DNA of 64,000 nt, from contig JBEKOY010000008.1 of assembly GCA_049521295.1 (NCBI GenBank), positions 15,403 through 79,402 on the forward strand. Direction: 5' to 3'. The stretch is from Polyangiaceae bacterium. GTDB lineage: Bacteria > Myxococcota_A > Polyangia > Polyangiales > Polyangiaceae. Numbering within the stretch: the stretch's first letter is position 1; every line of letters begins with the position of its first letter. Shown here one piece after another: positions 56,741 through 64,000 of this stretch. A program made the translations under genes and the position numbers. The notes beneath the pieces were generated by a model. The model did not search any database and was not told the DNA's origin. It saw only the letters and a program-made list of their open reading frames with translations.

Positions 56741-57456
56741 TCAGGTGAGCCATACGACCGTCACAGCCTCGCCCCCGTGGTGTCGGTCGCCCAATCGAAA
56801 GCGACGGACGCACGTCGAGCGTGACAGCTCCGTTCGAAGGGCGTCTCGGAGTCCGTCTGCTCCGCGTCCGTGAAGAAGAAAAACGACCAATCGTCCTTCG
56901 TTGACTTCGCGGTCGAGAAAACTCGCCGCCACGGCGACTCCGTCGTCGACGCGGAATCCGCGCAGGTCACAGGTATTGTCTCGCCCCCGGATCGGCGTCT
57001 CTTCGCTGAAGTTCGCCGATCGGGTCGGCCTCGAAGTTTCGCGCGATTTCGTCGGCGATGGCGTCGAGTGTCGGGTCGGTGGAACATGCGTCGAAGAGGG
57101 CCGGGAGGGCCGCCCGCTGCCAGGTGAGAAAGCGTCGCAGGATCCGGGCCGATTCGAGCATGCGGCCGAGTGCGAGCAACTCGACCGGGGACAGCGTGCC
57201 GCCGATTCGTACTCGTTCCACGGCCTCGCGGACGCTCGGCCCGTCGCCGACCGGTAGCGGATGGCCCTCGTTCAGCATCCGCGTTGCTTCCGAAGCCTGG
57301 GCGAGCCATGTGCGCGCCAGTTCCCGTGTGTCGGCGAACGGAAGTGCGAGGGCCACTTCGCGCCCTAGTGACCCGCGCAACGATCGGCGAGTGCACCGAG
57401 GACACGATCCCATTCGAGGTCTGCGCGTGTTTTGGCGGGGCAGGGATCGGGGCGCA
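56741..57456 (-). pseudogene. mutS2: mutS2 remnant: frameshifted N-terminal region + out-of-frame Smr domain, ATPase core missing
   Basis: Three reading frames carry MutS2-like pieces in collinear order. The first is ...AKTRADLEWDRVLGALADRCAG (stop at 57365). The second is SLGREVALALPFADTRELARTWLAQASEATRMLNEG...GGTLSPVELLALGRMLESARILRRFL...LDAIADEIARNFEAD (stop at 56967). The third is a complete Smr-like CDLRGFRVDDGVAVAASFLDREVNEGRLVVFLLHGRGADGLRDALRTEL...GGEAVTVVWL. The whole locus is about 0.7 kb, against about 2.4 kb for an intact mutS2. Confidence 0.6.
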
Positions 57457-57501
57457 AGCGGAAGGTGCGAGGATACTTGCACGCGCCGGGTGTGCGCGGG
57501 G

Positions 57502-58905
57502 ATGATTGGGCCAATGAACCTCGGCTCTGAGACAGTCGCGATGTCCGCTCGCCGAGCAGCGGCGTCACGCGTAGCCAGGGGACTGCTCGACAGGGGTCAA
57601 CCGGGCGAAGCCGTTTCAATCCTCGCCGCATCGGCCGCGTGCGGGCCCAATGATCAGGAAGGGCAGAAGCTGCTTGCCGAGGCGCTTCGGATCGATCCCG
57701 CATCTCGGCTCGCGCAGCTCGCGTTCGAACGCATGGAGGGCATCGCGGGCGACCAGAGCATCCTCGACCAGGCGATTGCGCGTTGGTCGGTCGAAGAGGT
57801 CGGGCGTCTGGATCGCGAGCTAGCACGCCCGTCGTTCGTCCGGGCGCAGCTCGGATTCAACAACAACGTCAAATACAAGGATCGCACCTTCCATATTCAG
57901 ACCGAGGACAGCGGTCTCGAGAAACCGCACATCATCACGCACCTTTTTGCCGACGGCGGCCACGTCATCCGAAGCCACAAACGGTCGTACGCCGAGCACG
58001 TCCGCCGCGAGGATGTGGCCCTTTACGTCCGCCAGCTCATGAAGGCGCAGCAGTTCGAGATGGCCATCGCGCTGCGTGAAGGCAGGTTCGACGAGATTAT
58101 CGACGGACGTGCAGTCGGCGGCGTGCATCTTTTGGACTACCCGCCCAAGGTCGACGTTCAGAAACTTGCCACGCAAAAGAAGTCACGTGTCGACGCCGCC
58201 GGCGAGATCGCCGTTGCAATTGCGCCGGAGGCCGTGGCCCCGCCGCTCTCGTCGGCCGTTCAGCGGGCGCACTTCCGAGTCACCGTCGTGCGCCGAGTGG
58301 GTGGAGGCCCGCCCGCGTACGAGCCATTGGGCGCCGAAGCGATTGTGGGTTCGACGGGCGCAATCGCGCTTCCCGGCGAACGGTTCTGCCATCCGCGTGA
58401 AGCCGCGATACGGTTCCGCGACGAGCGACTATGGCTCCAGGATTTCGAGGCCGGAAACGGTGTCTTCTTGCGAATCCGCGCGCCGGTAGAGCTCGGTCCC
58501 GGCGATGAGTTCATTGTTGGCGATCAGCTCTTGCGGATCGAGCGCAATCCTCCTCCAGCAGATAGTCCTGATCCCGGCCCGACGTACTTCTATTCCTCGC
58601 CCAAGTGGCTTTCGTCGTTCCGCGTCGTCCAGATCTTCGAAGGAGGTGCCCTCGGCGCATGCGTGCTGGCACGGGGGACCACCTTGCAAATCGGATCGTC
58701 GTATGGCGACTTCGTGTTTCCGAGCGATCCACTGGTCAGCGACGAGCACTGCTTCATCGAAGAACAGGCCGGTTCGATTCTCCTTACAGACCTGGGCTCA
58801 CGGACGGGTGTCTTTGTCCGTATCAAGGGCGAGCAGGAGATCATCCACGGCGACGAGTTTTTGGTCGGACGGACGCGACTTGTCGTGGAGCTCACGTCGC
58901 GCTGA
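57502..58905 (+). CDS. dual-FHA-domain protein with conserved N-terminal domain
   Basis: 467 aa from ATG 57502. The N-terminal domain contains KYKDRTFHIQTEDSGLEKPHIITHLFADGG. Two FHA-like modules follow: ...RFRDERLWLQDFEAGNGVFLRI... and ...SDEHCFIEEQAGSILLTDLGSRTGVFVRI... Confidence 0.75.
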   Translation: MIGPMNLGSETVAMSARRAAASRVARGLLDRGQPGEAVSILAASAACGPNDQEGQKLLAEALRIDPASRLAQLAFERMEGIAGDQSILDQAIARWSVEEVGRLDRELARPSFVRAQLGFNNNVKYKDRTFHIQTEDSGLEKPHIITHLFADGGHVIRSHKRSYAEHVRREDVALYVRQLMKAQQFEMAIALREGRFDEIIDGRAVGGVHLLDYPPKVDVQKLATQKKSRVDAAGEIAVAIAPEAVAPPLSSAVQRAHFRVTVVRRVGGGPPAYEPLGAEAIVGSTGAIALPGERFCHPREAAIRFRDERLWLQDFEAGNGVFLRIRAPVELGPGDEFIVGDQLLRIERNPPPADSPDPGPTYFYSSPKWLSSFRVVQIFEGGALGACVLARGTTLQIGSSYGDFVFPSDPLVSDEHCFIEEQAGSILLTDLGSRTGVFVRIKGEQEIIHGDEFLVGRTRLVVELTSR

Positions 58906-58923
58906 GCTTCTCGCCCGAGGTCG

Positions 58924-59157
58924 TCAGACTGCCGCGTGTCCGCGTTTCATGTGCACCGCGAGAGTATGATGGCCGCACTGCGGGCACGGCGGTGGCCGGT
59001 GACCTCCGAGGTGCTCCTCCTCGAGTTGCCGTTGCTCGTAGGCGCGTTGAATCTCCTCGAGAGCCGGAGGCAGGGGCGCCGGCCGCACGCGCATGGCCGC
59101 GGCCTCGGCCCACGCGCCACGCCAAGTGCAGACCGTGCAGCGAAGAGTCTTATCCAT
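58924..59157 (-). CDS. small zinc-ribbon-like protein
   Basis: 77 aa from ATG 59157, with CTVC...CPQC pairs. The ORF-track 153-aa form runs into the tandem repeat and is rejected. Confidence 0.45.
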   Translation of the reverse strand: MDKTLRCTVCTWRGAWAEAAAMRVRPAPLPPALEEIQRAYEQRQLEEEHLGGHRPPPCPQCGHHTLAVHMKRGHAAV

Positions 59158-59195
59158 GGGCCGCATTCTTACGGCTGCGCCCGTGCGGAGCAAGC

Positions 59196-59321
59196 GTTTT
59201 GGGCCCGTGCGGCGATGCGCGCCGTCTCCAGCCGAGAACGTGAACCCGAATGGAATTCGTTTTGGACCCGTGCGCCGACGCGCGCCGTCTCTAGCCGAGA
59301 ACGTGAACCCGAATGGAATTG
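59196..59321. repeat. 63-bp tandem direct duplication (2 copies, 5 mismatches) spanning the pyk stop codon
   Basis: Copy 1 is 59196..59258 and copy 2 is 59259..59321. Copy 2 encodes the last roughly 10 pyk codons plus TAG (ctag at 59291). Copy 1 has TGG at the equivalent position. Confidence 0.85.
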
Positions 59322-60703
59322 GTGCTCCCGCTGACGCCCACGGGTGCCCCGAACACGATGACCACCCTCTCGCCGGGCGACCCATAGCCAGCCGCTAGCA
59401 AGTCTCCGGTGCACCAGTCCACGAGCTGATCCGTGTCGTGCATCGCGGGTATCTCGCGAGGAACGACGCCCCAATAAAGCGCCATCCGCCGCCGTGTCTT
59501 GGCGTTGGCAGAATAGGCAATGATCGGCACATCCGGCCGCGCCAGGCTCACCGTCATCGCGCTGAAGCCGCTCTCGGTGAAGGCGACGAGGTACTTGGCG
59601 CCGATTTCGCGGGCCGTGTTGCAAGCGCCGCGGGCAACGGCCTCGGCGACGCTGGTCGCTCGGGAGAGATACGGAGCATGCTCGAAGAAAGGGCTGCCCT
59701 CCGCCTCGAGCGCGATTCGGCTCATCATCGAGCACGCCAGCGTCGGGTGGTCACCCGTCGCGGTCTCTCCCGAGAGCATGAGACAGTCGGTCCCCGAGTA
59801 CACAGCGGTCGCGACGTCGCTCGCTTCGGCACGCGTCGGCCGAGTGGACTTCGTCATCGATTGCAGCATCTCCGTCGCGACGATGACCGGCCGGCGAACA
59901 CGCCGCGCAACGGCAAGGATTTGTCGCTGGATCACCGGAACCCGCTCGGGTGGAAACTCGACGCCTAAATCGCCCCGGGCGACCATGACGCCATCGCTTG
60001 CGGCGACCACGCTCTCCAGGTTCTCCACCGCGTCCGGCGTCTCGACCTTGGCCACCACCGGCGTCGGCGCGCCCCAGGCCTGACAGATGTCGCGGATCTG
60101 CTGAATATCCGCGGCGCGCCGCACGAAGCTCATCGCGATGTAATCGATGCCGCTCGACAAGCCGAACACGAGGTCTTCCTTGTCTTTTTCCGTCAGTGCA
60201 GAAACGCGCATCGTCTTGCTGGGCAAGTGGACACCGACGTGGTCGCGCATGCCCCCACCCTGGTCGACGCGCGCTCTCACTCGCTGCGACTCGACGCCGA
60301 CGACCGTGAGAACGAGCCGCCCATCGTCGAACAGGATCCGGTCGCCCAAGCGCACGTCGGCCGAGAGGCCCTCATATTGAATGGGCACGACGCGCTCGTC
60401 GCTGGATGCGTCCCCCTCGAAGAGAGTCACGTCCGCGCCGGACGGCAAATCGAACTTCCGTGGGAACGACCCGGTGCGGATCTTCGGTCCGCAAAGATCC
60501 TGCAGGACCGCGACCGCCTTGTGTTCCAAATCCGATGCTTTGCGCAACCGGGACAGCCGTGCACCGTGCTCCTCGTGCGTGCCGTGCGAAAAATTGAAGC
60601 GCGCCACATCCATCCCGGCCGCGATGAGCCCGCGCAAGCCATCCAGGGAGTCACAGGCCGGTCCGAGCGTGCAAACGAGTTTGGCGCGACGCAGTGACGA
60701 CAT
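59291..60703 (-). CDS. pyk: pyruvate kinase
   Basis: 470 aa from ATG 60703: RRAKLVCTLGPA, ARFNFSHG, MVARGDLGVE and the C-terminal regulatory domain. Confidence 0.9.
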   Translation of the reverse strand: MSSLRRAKLVCTLGPACDSLDGLRGLIAAGMDVARFNFSHGTHEEHGARLSRLRKASDLEHKAVAVLQDLCGPKIRTGSFPRKFDLPSGADVTLFEGDASSDERVVPIQYEGLSADVRLGDRILFDDGRLVLTVVGVESQRVRARVDQGGGMRDHVGVHLPSKTMRVSALTEKDKEDLVFGLSSGIDYIAMSFVRRAADIQQIRDICQAWGAPTPVVAKVETPDAVENLESVVAASDGVMVARGDLGVEFPPERVPVIQRQILAVARRVRRPVIVATEMLQSMTKSTRPTRAEASDVATAVYSGTDCLMLSGETATGDHPTLACSMMSRIALEAEGSPFFEHAPYLSRATSVAEAVARGACNTAREIGAKYLVAFTESGFSAMTVSLARPDVPIIAYSANAKTRRRMALYWGVVPREIPAMHDTDQLVDWCTGDLLAAGYGSPGERVVIVFGAPVGVSGSTNSIRVHVLG

Positions 60704-60825
60704 TTGGTTCAAAGGGTGGTTTAACCGAGTTACGGATGGGAGTTTGCGCGACTTTGCGCTCCCCCCTTGATCCGGCGCGAGCCCGGACGGTACTACAGCC
60801 TGGCCTCGCATTCGAGTGATTCGCC

Positions 60826-62151
60826 ATGTCCCTCACCCGTGACGCGTCAGGTCTTCTTCGTCTCGGCGGCATCGACCTGGCGGATCTGGCGATGCGGGCC
60901 GGCACCCCGGCGTACGTTTACGATCTCGATGCAATCGCCGCCGAGGCTCGCGCCCTGCAACTTGCGTTCGATGACGCATCGCATCTCGTAGCCTATGCCG
61001 TTAAAGCGAACACGGCGGGTCCGGTGCTTCGGGCCGTTGCCGGCCAGGGATGCGGCGCGGACGTGGTGAGCGGAGCGGAGCTTCTCGTCGCCACGTCGTG
61101 CGGTGTAGCGCCGGAGGAAGTCGTGTTCAGTGGCGTTGCAAAGACGGACGAGGAGATCGATCGGGCCATCGCGTGCGGTGCGCGCGGAATCGCCGCGCTG
61201 CAGCTCGAAAGTGTCGAGGAAATCACCCGTGTCCGGGCGCGAGCGAGCGCCGCGGGCCGGCGGGCGCGGGTGAGCATCCGTGTGAATCCGAGCGTCAATC
61301 TCGAGGGGGTAACACACGCCAGCATTGCGACGGGGCATGACGCAGCGAAGTTCGGCGTCGCGCTCGACGACGTGGGGCGTGCCGTCGAACTCATCGGCGC
61401 GGCCGGCAACCTGGATCTGGTCGGCATGGCGGCGCACGCGGGCTCGCAGTTCACGAGCGTATCGCCGTACGTCGAGGCGTGCCGCGTCCTCTTCGGAGTC
61501 ACCCGTGCCCTGCGCTCGGACGGTCGTGCAGCGTCGCTCGCGTTCGTCGATTCGGGCGGAGGCTTCGGTATCGATTACACCGCGGCGCCGACCGTCCGCC
61601 GATTTGGCACCGCCACGGCCCCCTCCGTCCTGCCTCAGCCGGCGGACTTCGTACGCGCCGCCCGCCGGGAGCAAAGGCTCGTCGGCCTGGACGATCTCGC
61701 GCTCTACGTGGAACCGGGTCGGTCGCTCGTTGGAACCCATGGAATCCTGCTCGCCCGTGTCATTCAGGTGAAGGTCGCGAGTGGAGCTCGATGGTTGATG
61801 ATCGACGCCGGGATGAACGATCTCATTCGCCCGGCGCTCTATCAGGCTCGCCACCGCGTCGTGCCCGTGGACCGGGAGGTGGACGAGGCGACGGCATTGC
61901 CTTGGCGGGTCGTCGGTCCGGTCTGCGAGAGCAGCGACGATTTCGGACAGCATTCCTTTCCGGCCAATCCTCCCCCTTTTGTCGCCATCCTGGACGCGGG
62001 CGCCTACGGTTACACGATGGCAAGCTCCTACAACGGTCGACAGCTTCCCATCGAAATTTTCGTCGCAAGCGGGCGGGTCGTCGCCCAAACCAGCCGCCGC
62101 TCGATCGAGTCGTGGGCTGCGGAGCGCGCCAGCTACTTGTCCGCCTTTTGA
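60826..62151 (+). CDS. lysA: diaminopimelate decarboxylase
   Basis: TPAYVYD, YAVKAN (PLP Lys), EPGRSLVG, CESSD and GAYGYTMASSYN. Confidence 0.9.
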   Translation: MSLTRDASGLLRLGGIDLADLAMRAGTPAYVYDLDAIAAEARALQLAFDDASHLVAYAVKANTAGPVLRAVAGQGCGADVVSGAELLVATSCGVAPEEVVFSGVAKTDEEIDRAIACGARGIAALQLESVEEITRVRARASAAGRRARVSIRVNPSVNLEGVTHASIATGHDAAKFGVALDDVGRAVELIGAAGNLDLVGMAAHAGSQFTSVSPYVEACRVLFGVTRALRSDGRAASLAFVDSGGGFGIDYTAAPTVRRFGTATAPSVLPQPADFVRAARREQRLVGLDDLALYVEPGRSLVGTHGILLARVIQVKVASGARWLMIDAGMNDLIRPALYQARHRVVPVDREVDEATALPWRVVGPVCESSDDFGQHSFPANPPPFVAILDAGAYGYTMASSYNGRQLPIEIFVASGRVVAQTSRRSIESWAAERASYLSAF

Positions 62152-63992
62152 GACCCGCGTCCCGGCGTCATTCGCGGAGGAGGCACCGACTTTGGGAGAC
62201 CCGACGGGGAACTGGTGCGCGCCCGCACCACCTGACCGTCGGCCATAATCTCGACTCCGATCGTCCGGCATCGTCGTGCGAGGCGGTCCAGATCCACCCC
62301 CGCCAGCACCAGCAGACCGCCGGGAGGCGAAGGATCGGCAAAAAGCTCTTGAGTCGGCCGGCGCGTTCGGAGCATTTCGCGGACGTTCGGGTCCTCGACC
62401 CAGAGAAAGCCGTTCGCCGGTGCCCATGTGGCGCGGCCGACCACGACGCTTGCCTGCGCGAGCGTCCGCGAGAGCGACTCGGGCAACGGCGCGAGCGCTT
62501 CGATTCGGGAGCGGAGCACGTCCGCTTCGAGACCCGCGGAAAGGGCGCGTGCCAACGTCTGCGGCGCAATCATGAGATCGAGCGTTTCGGCCGCGCGGCC
62601 GACCTCGACGAGCGGCGCGATGGCCAGAATGGCTCCGACTCGAGCTTGCGGACCCAGACGCAATACGTGCGTGTCGAGGAATTTGGACGGCGCTCCGTCG
62701 CTCGCGGGCACCTTGTCGGCGACCAGGGCGCGGCCCCGCGCGGTCAGGCGCAGCGCCATGGGGCTGCCGCGGGTATCGAGCTCGCCGTCTTGCGCGAGAT
62801 CTTCGTCCTCGCCGAGGTCGAGGATTCCGAGCGCCGGAAGGCTTTCGTGCACGATGCGGCGTGCGACTTCCATCGGGTCGACCGGATCCGCGCCGACGCG
62901 CTCGGCCCATCGGCGCAGCAGCCGGGACAGCCCGGGCACCCGGTGGTCGCTCTTGAGCCAACGTGCGAGCGACGACCACGGAACCCATCGGCCCTCGCCA
63001 AGCTCGCGCAGTGCCTCGAGGACCATCTCGCGCACGACGCCGGCTGGGCTCGTGTCGCGAGATTCCGCCGCCAGTCGCAGCATCTCCGGCTCGTTGCGCG
63101 CTTCGTCCCACGCGCCTCCCCGTCTCCACGCCACAAAGAGCTGCACCGTTAGATCTTGGAGTGTGAAAGTGCCTGGAGGCGAGGATGTGTTCGTAGCCGA
63201 AGCGTCCCAAAGTCCGATGGCGCGGGACAGGGCAACGATGAGGGCCACGTGCTCGGCGTCCCGGCCAAAACGCGCAGCGAGTTTCTGCACCAACGACTTC
63301 GGCGTGCCGACCCCGGCGCGCACCTCGAGAACCGTTCCGGAGGGGCTGCGCCCCTCGGGTGTACGCCCCGCCTCGCGAGAGGCCGTAGCCAGGCCCATGG
63401 CCAGCGGTGAAGGATCGAGCGAGAAGCGAGCTCGGCGAGGAGCGTGATCGCCCGAGGCAACGAACTGCTTCACGGCCTCGCGTCGCGCTTCGCGCTCGCT
63501 GTGATGGGCCGCGCCGATGATTGCGCTTACCTCGGTCGGTACGACGTGCCGATTCGGGTGAACCGGGATAAGAAGACCTCGCCGCTCCAGCGAAAAGCCC
63601 ACTCCGCGCCGAGAGGGCGTCGCGCCCGTTGCCGTGCGAAGGCGCAAGGGCTCGCGCTCGAGCTCCAGGAGCTCTTCGGTGTCGACTTCGCCGCCCTCCG
63701 AATCGACCCCTTCGAGGACGCGGCGCTCGGTCCCGGATAGCTTACCGATTTCGTCGGACAGCTTGACCGAGTCGCCCAGGACCTCCCATGCGCTCTCCAG
63801 AGACAGCGCGATCGGTGGGGTCGCCGGTCGGCCGAGATAGTGCGACGCAATCGCCGTCGTCGTCTCGAAGGAGGCCTGGGATAGCAGCGCCCTCAGCCCG
63901 CGGGGATCCTCGCCTTCCCACGACTTGAGCTGCACCAGATACGCGGAAGGAAGAATGAGCTCGACGCTCGTTTCCGCCGAACGGGCAAACAT
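62133..63992 (-). CDS. large hypothetical protein (possible XPB/Ssl2-associated 'helicase-associated' domain)
   Basis: 619-aa clean ORF with ATG 63992 just inside the window edge. The family guess comes only from the general resemblance of the C-terminal region (...FLWVEDPNVREMLR...LLVLAGVDLDRLARRCRTIGVEI). Its 3' end overlaps lysA convergently by 19 nt. Confidence 0.6.
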   Translation of the reverse strand: MFARSAETSVELILPSAYLVQLKSWEGEDPRGLRALLSQASFETTTAIASHYLGRPATPPIALSLESAWEVLGDSVKLSDEIGKLSGTERRVLEGVDSEGGEVDTEELLELEREPLRLRTATGATPSRRGVGFSLERRGLLIPVHPNRHVVPTEVSAIIGAAHHSEREARREAVKQFVASGDHAPRRARFSLDPSPLAMGLATASREAGRTPEGRSPSGTVLEVRAGVGTPKSLVQKLAARFGRDAEHVALIVALSRAIGLWDASATNTSSPPGTFTLQDLTVQLFVAWRRGGAWDEARNEPEMLRLAAESRDTSPAGVVREMVLEALRELGEGRWVPWSSLARWLKSDHRVPGLSRLLRRWAERVGADPVDPMEVARRIVHESLPALGILDLGEDEDLAQDGELDTRGSPMALRLTARGRALVADKVPASDGAPSKFLDTHVLRLGPQARVGAILAIAPLVEVGRAAETLDLMIAPQTLARALSAGLEADVLRSRIEALAPLPESLSRTLAQASVVVGRATWAPANGFLWVEDPNVREMLRTRRPTQELFADPSPPGGLLVLAGVDLDRLARRCRTIGVEIMADGQVVRARTSSPSGLPKSVPPPRMTPGRGSQKADK

Positions 63993-64000
63993 GAGTCCGC

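Noticed and set aside
56761-57405. 214-aa minus-strand ORF across the mutS2 remnant
   Set aside because: It is Arg-rich and lies in none of the three frames that carry MutS2-like sequence.
59266-59385. N-terminal extension of the zinc-ribbon ORF (repeated IPFGFTFSA.DGA.RRTGPKR)
   Set aside because: The repeated peptide is a by-product of translating the 63-bp DNA duplication in a non-pyk frame, and it overlaps the pyk 3' end.
60847-63210. 787-aa minus-strand ORF, the longest in this region
   Set aside because: It is extremely Arg/Gly/Pro/Ala-rich low-complexity sequence. It runs antisense or out of frame across lysA (clear PLP decarboxylase motifs) and across the better-coded 62133..63992 frame. 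This is a typical high-GC shadow ORF.

Overview
The window is very GC-rich with strong GC3 codon bias. Gene content suggests a Myxococcota chromosome (inference): M. xanthus-like PilB/PilT, many FHA, Ser/Thr-kinase and TPR proteins, FGE-family lipoproteins and TonB/ExbBD. It is densely packed with about 55 protein genes in a mostly core or housekeeping context. I saw no rRNA, tRNA, CRISPR, integrase or transposase.

Recognisable genes are tldD, pdxA, pilB-pilT, exbB-exbD-tonB, truD, glnB-glnA, uppP, glpK, pyk and lysA. Also present are a family-4 uracil-DNA glycosylase, an ATP-dependent DNA ligase with an MBL-fold partner, prolyl oligopeptidase, an M16 peptidase with a PpiD-like chaperone, an ABC1 kinase and a CDF transporter.

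Many starts in the ORF track are over-extended. I re-set them where 4-nt stop/start overlaps, RBS-like motifs or homology boundaries were visible. Nearly every real gene carries long Arg/Ala/Pro-rich shadow ORFs on other frames, and these were rejected.

Findings most worth follow-up:
1. A translationally coupled three-gene cassette, DUF2760-like protein + Hsp70 paralog + long Hsp70 paralog with a roughly 310-aa unknown C-terminal module (34078-39199). No J-domain or GrpE partner is visible in this window.
2. An FHA / Ser-Thr kinase / rhodanese-E1(MoeB/ThiF) operon lying divergent to pilB-pilT. The E1-like enzyme has an unusual N-terminal rhodanese.
3. A decayed mutS2: the N-terminal region carries a 1-nt frameshift, the ATPase core is missing, and an out-of-frame Smr domain follows.
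4. A two-gene ligase module whose MBL exonuclease has a degenerate metal motif (HAHAAA).
5. An OmpR-family regulator with a pseudo-receiver domain, coupled to pdxA.
6. A 146-aa protein that is about 18% cysteine.
7. A 63-bp tandem duplication spanning the pyk stop codon.

All family assignments rest on motif recognition by eye and need HMM or BLAST confirmation.
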